Below, piece after piece: positions 18,229 through 19,137 of a stretch of DNA of 19,137 nt. The DNA is from Ginkgo biloba (lineage: Eukaryota; Plantae; Ginkgophyta), in contig JANKJI020000004.1 of assembly GCA_024626585.2 (NCBI GenBank), positions 120,878,959-120,898,095 on the forward strand, written 5' to 3'. The position numbers were made by a program, and so were the translations under genes. The notes under the pieces were generated by a model. That model was not told the origin of the DNA, made no database searches, and saw only the letters and a program-made list of their open reading frames with translations. Position 1 is the first letter of the stretch; each line of letters starts with the position of its first letter.

Positions 18229-19137
18229 TAATGCAGGAGCATCCCCCTGGAGCTCTGAGTGGTTGTCTGACATCGTTGGCCAAGGCAAATTTGACCTCGT
18301 CGATGGATAGGCTAACTGACCTCGTTAGTGAAGGAGAGAAAATTGACCTCGTTAGTGAAGAAAAAATTTGACCTTGTTGGTAAGGCATTAAACTGATATC
18401 ATCGATGGGGTAGTGAACTGAAATTATCGGTGAGGCATTAAACTAACATTGTTAGTGGAGTGGTGAACCAACGCTATCAGTGAGGCATTAAACCAACATC
18501 ATCAGTGGAGGTATTATTTGACCTCGTTGACAGGGGTGTTATCCGACCTTGTTAGCAGGGGTGTTATCCAATATCATCGAAGAAGAGGTAATCCATGCGT
18601 CAATGAAGCAAAGATTGACATGGTCATCTGGAGACATAAGGAGAATTGAGAATGACTTGATCCATTTAAAGATGTGAATAAATAAACTTGATTTATTTTC
18701 AAGTGAGTCACCATTCGGAAGCGTGAGGAAGAAGCCACACCTAACGGCACGTAGAAGGATGAGTTCACACAAGCCAAATTGAATGCATGTGCATGCAACT
18801 AGAATAGCCGAAGTAGAAGATTAAATAAGAAGTCTTAGAAAAGCCCATGAAGATCTATTGTAGGGAATTAATGCCAAAAATTTATTACAGATCTGACCTC
18901 ACCTAACCCATCCATTAGAGATGGAACCATTCATTGGGGCCATAGTCATTAAATCCCTCAAAGCTCAGTTATAAAAGGAAGCACTTAGATAAGTTCAGGG
19001 AGGATAATTCTAGAGGGAGCACTGTTATACTATTGAATTAGAGAGCAAGCAGAATTGGAGGGGAGATGTTGCCAGATTAAGGAGTGGCTGAGGAGTTCAG
19101 CTAAAGGTGCCTACAGAAGAAGAACATTGAAGTCATT
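18229..19137 (+). mobile_element. LTR related to 14810-16118, running off the window
   Basis: Start taatgcaggagcatc versus tgatgcaggagcatc; same 25-bp repeat; TATA at an equivalent position; shared downstream block tgttgccagattaaggagtg / tgttgctggattgaggagtg. Confidence 0.72.
18267..18580. repeat. Minisatellite, ~13 units of ~25 bp, inferred ancestral core AACCGACMTCGTCGGT
   Basis: Units start near 18267, 18291, 18314, 18341, 18367, 18391, 18416, 18441, 18466, 18491, 18517, 18541 and 18566. About 5 related units lie at 14895-15015. Confidence 0.88.

Noticed and set aside
18267-18580. CRISPR-like appearance of palindromic repeats with short spacers
   Set aside because: Eukaryotic LTR context, spacers of ~9 nt that are themselves repeated, degenerate repeats and no cas genes.

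Overview
Eukaryotic, AT-rich, CpG-depleted draft-assembly window with 12 N-gaps. It is most likely from a large-genome land plant such as a gymnosperm; this is inferred from the TE types and decay pattern. No intact protein-coding gene is present, and the long ORFs in the track are N-gap artefacts. Most of the window is decayed retroelement sequence: three L1-clade LINE pieces on + (RT region, a duplicated post-RT segment running to zf-RVT and the 3' end, and an ORF1-end/endonuclease piece), a minus-strand Ty3/gypsy element with CRM-like features (LTR, Met-PBS, gag, protease, start of RT), two related + strand LTRs carrying a 25-bp palindromic minisatellite, and two copies of a repeat built from ~40-bp palindromes. 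The least expected feature is invisible to the ORF track: an apparent 9-exon spliced pseudogene on + (about 1761-9310, ~345 codons, GT-AG introns, no frameshifts, 21 in-frame stops). It encodes a protein I cannot assign to a family and has a LINE inserted in intron 2.
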